From assembly GCF_003334765.1 (NCBI RefSeq), contig NZ_QOWT01000109.1: DNA of 676 bases; one strand, 5' to 3'. The notes under the pieces were generated by a model, which was given only the letters and a program-made list of their open reading frames with translations, was not told the origin of the DNA and searched no databases. This document shows positions 1-676 of the stretch, piece by piece. A program made the translations under genes and the position numbers. The stretch's first letter is position 1. Every line of letters starts with the position of its first letter. Source of the stretch: Escherichia coli (GTDB lineage Bacteria; Pseudomonadota; Gammaproteobacteria; Enterobacterales; Enterobacteriaceae).

Positions 1-133
1 ACTTCCGTCCCAGCCTTGCCAGATGTTGTCTCAGATTCAGATTATGTCGCTCAATGCGCTGAGTGTAACGCTTGCTGATAACGTGCAGCTTTCCCTTCAG
101 GCGTGATTCATACAGCGGCCAGCCATCCGTCAT
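1..133 (-). pseudogene. insB: Remainder of the insB reading frame downstream of the premature TAG (C-terminal InsB-homologous region, continuing off-window)
   Basis: In the same frame immediately after the TAG, codons 133..2 translate to [44 protein letters not shown]. This is collinear with the C-terminal region of canonical InsB and has no further stops up to the window edge. Confidence 0.75.
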
Positions 134-427
134 CTATACCACGACCTCAAAGGCCGACAGCAGGCTCAGAAGACGTTCCAGTGTGGCCAGAGTGCGTTCA
201 CCGAAGACGTGCGCCACAACCGTCCTCCGTATCCTGTCATACGCGTAAAACAGCCAGCGCTGACGTGATTTAGCACCGACGTAGCCCCACTGTTCGTCCA
301 TTTCAGCGCAGACAATCACATCACTGCCCGGTTGTATGCGCGAGGTTACCGACTGCGGCCTGAGTTTTTTAAGTGACGTAAAACCGTGTTGAGGCCAACG
401 CCCATAATGCGTGCACTGGCGCGACAT
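134..427 (-). CDS. insB: IS1 InsB (insB' frame), N-terminal 97 codons only, ended by a premature in-frame TAG
   Basis: The ORF-track translation ...[58 protein letters not shown]...[10 protein letters not shown]...[11 protein letters not shown] matches IS1 InsB over its N-terminal part. It is in the -1 frame relative to insA, as expected for InsAB' frameshifting. It stops at TAG (134..136) where the canonical protein, as I recall it, continues ...[12 protein letters not shown]... Confidence 0.8.
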   Translation of the reverse strand: MSRQCTHYGRWPQHGFTSLKKLRPQSVTSRIQPGSDVIVCAEMDEQWGYVGAKSRQRWLFYAYDRIRRTVVAHVFGERTLATLERLLSLLSAFEVVV

Positions 428-621
428 CCGACGCCATTCATGGCCATATCAATGATTTTCTGGTGCGTACCGGGCTGAGAGGCGGTGTAAGTGAACTGTA
501 GTTGCCATGTTTTACGGCAATGAGAGCAGAGATAGCGCTGATGTCCGGCAGTGCTTTTGCCGTTACGCACCACGCCTTCAGTAGCGGAGCAGGAAGGACA
601 TCTGATGGAAATGGAAGCCAC
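346..621 (-). CDS. insA: IS1 InsA, the transposition inhibitor / IR-binding repressor and N-terminal part of the InsAB' transposase
   Basis: A 91-aa ORF with a GTG start at 621..619 and a TAA stop at 348..346. Its translation [91 protein letters not shown] matches IS1 InsA, including the CxxC...CxxC zinc-finger-like motif (CPSC ... CSHC). An AAGG Shine-Dalgarno-like motif sits upstream at 632..629. Confidence 0.9.
   Translation of the reverse strand: MASISIRCPSCSATEGVVRNGKSTAGHQRYLCSHCRKTWQLQFTYTASQPGTHQKIIDMAMNGVGCRASARIMGVGLNTVLRHLKNSGRSR
364..370 (-). promoter_or_regulatory. A6C (AAAAAAC) programmed -1 ribosomal frameshift motif at the insA/insB' overlap
   Basis: The minus strand reads CAC TTA AAA AAC TCA GGC in the insA frame (H L K N S...), while the insB' frame reads CTT AAA AAA CTC (L K K L...). 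This is the known IS1 slippery site that produces the InsAB' fusion, and it is intact here. Confidence 0.8.
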
Positions 622-628
622 GCAAGCA

Positions 629-647
629 CCTTAAAATCACCATCATA
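629..647 (-). promoter_or_regulatory. insA translation-initiation region with candidate promoter -10 inside or adjacent to the IRL
   Basis: On the minus strand, AAGG (632..629) lies about 8 nt upstream of the GTG start and is a plausible RBS. TATGAT (647..642) is a -10-like hexamer. The IS1 insA promoter is known to overlap the IRL, but the exact -35 cannot be assigned confidently from sequence alone. Confidence 0.35.
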
Positions 648-653
648 CACTAA

Positions 654-676
654 ATCAGTAAGTTGGCAGCATTACC
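654..676 (-). repeat. IS1 left terminal inverted repeat (IRL), about 23 bp, with one mismatch to the canonical IRL as recalled (GGTAATG versus GGTGATG)
   Basis: The minus-strand sequence at 676..654 is GGTAATGCTGCCAACTTACTGAT. The canonical IS1 end as I recall it is GGTGATGCTGCCAACTTACTGAT. The partner IRR is not in the window, so the inverted-repeat pairing cannot be confirmed directly. Confidence 0.8.

Larger units (their letters stand above)
1..676 (-). mobile_element. IS1: IS1-family insertion sequence, partial: IRL plus about 676 bp of an expected ~768 bp element; right end lies beyond window position 1
   Basis: The reverse complement of the window starts with GGTAATGCTGCCAACTTACTGAT, matching the IS1 left terminal inverted repeat apart from one base (established knowledge, recalled not searched). 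It is followed by the characteristic insA then insB' arrangement with an A6C frameshift motif. The two ORF translations are near-identical to IS1 InsA and InsB as I recall them. Confidence 0.93.

Noticed and set aside
425-427. The ATG at 427..425 as the true, independent translation start of InsB
   Set aside because: In IS1 the functional transposase is the InsAB' frameshift fusion. The ATG gives the ORF-track boundary, but InsB is not thought to be efficiently made from its own start, so the 97-aa product is best seen as a frame segment rather than a standalone protein.
438-650. A 70-aa minus-strand ORF ([20 protein letters not shown]...) in the third frame, overlapping insA and beginning near the IRL
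   Set aside because: It is entirely nested within insA in a different frame and begins in the terminal regulatory region. I recognise no protein family in it. Classic IS1 analyses listed several such overlapping frames, but only insA and insB' are needed for transposition. Most likely a chance ORF.
1-676. Possibility of a novel defence or accessory system encoded in the window
   Set aside because: Every base is accounted for by the IS1 structure (IRL, insA, frameshift site, insB'). There is no non-IS sequence, and there are no additional long ORFs on the plus strand, tandem repeats or CRISPR-like arrays.
1-676. Plus-strand coding potential
   Set aside because: The six-frame track reports no plus-strand ORF of meaningful length, and the plus strand is the antisense strand of insA and insB.

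Overview
The whole 676-bp window lies inside a single IS1-family insertion sequence, oriented on the minus strand. Window position 676 is the outer tip of the left terminal inverted repeat (IRL), and position 1 is still inside insB, so the right end and all flanking DNA are off-window. On the minus strand it carries an intact 91-aa insA, the A6C programmed -1 frameshift motif at the insA/insB' overlap, and an insB' frame that is interrupted by an in-frame TAG at 134..136 where my recollection of canonical IS1 InsB has a Trp codon. The element looks like a divergent IS1 isoform relative to the IS1 reference I recall, with many silent and some conservative changes. I see no cargo genes, RNA genes, CRISPR arrays or non-IS sequence, so there is no support here for a novel biological system. 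The one notable feature is the probable nonsense-inactivated (or amber-suppression-dependent) transposase frame.
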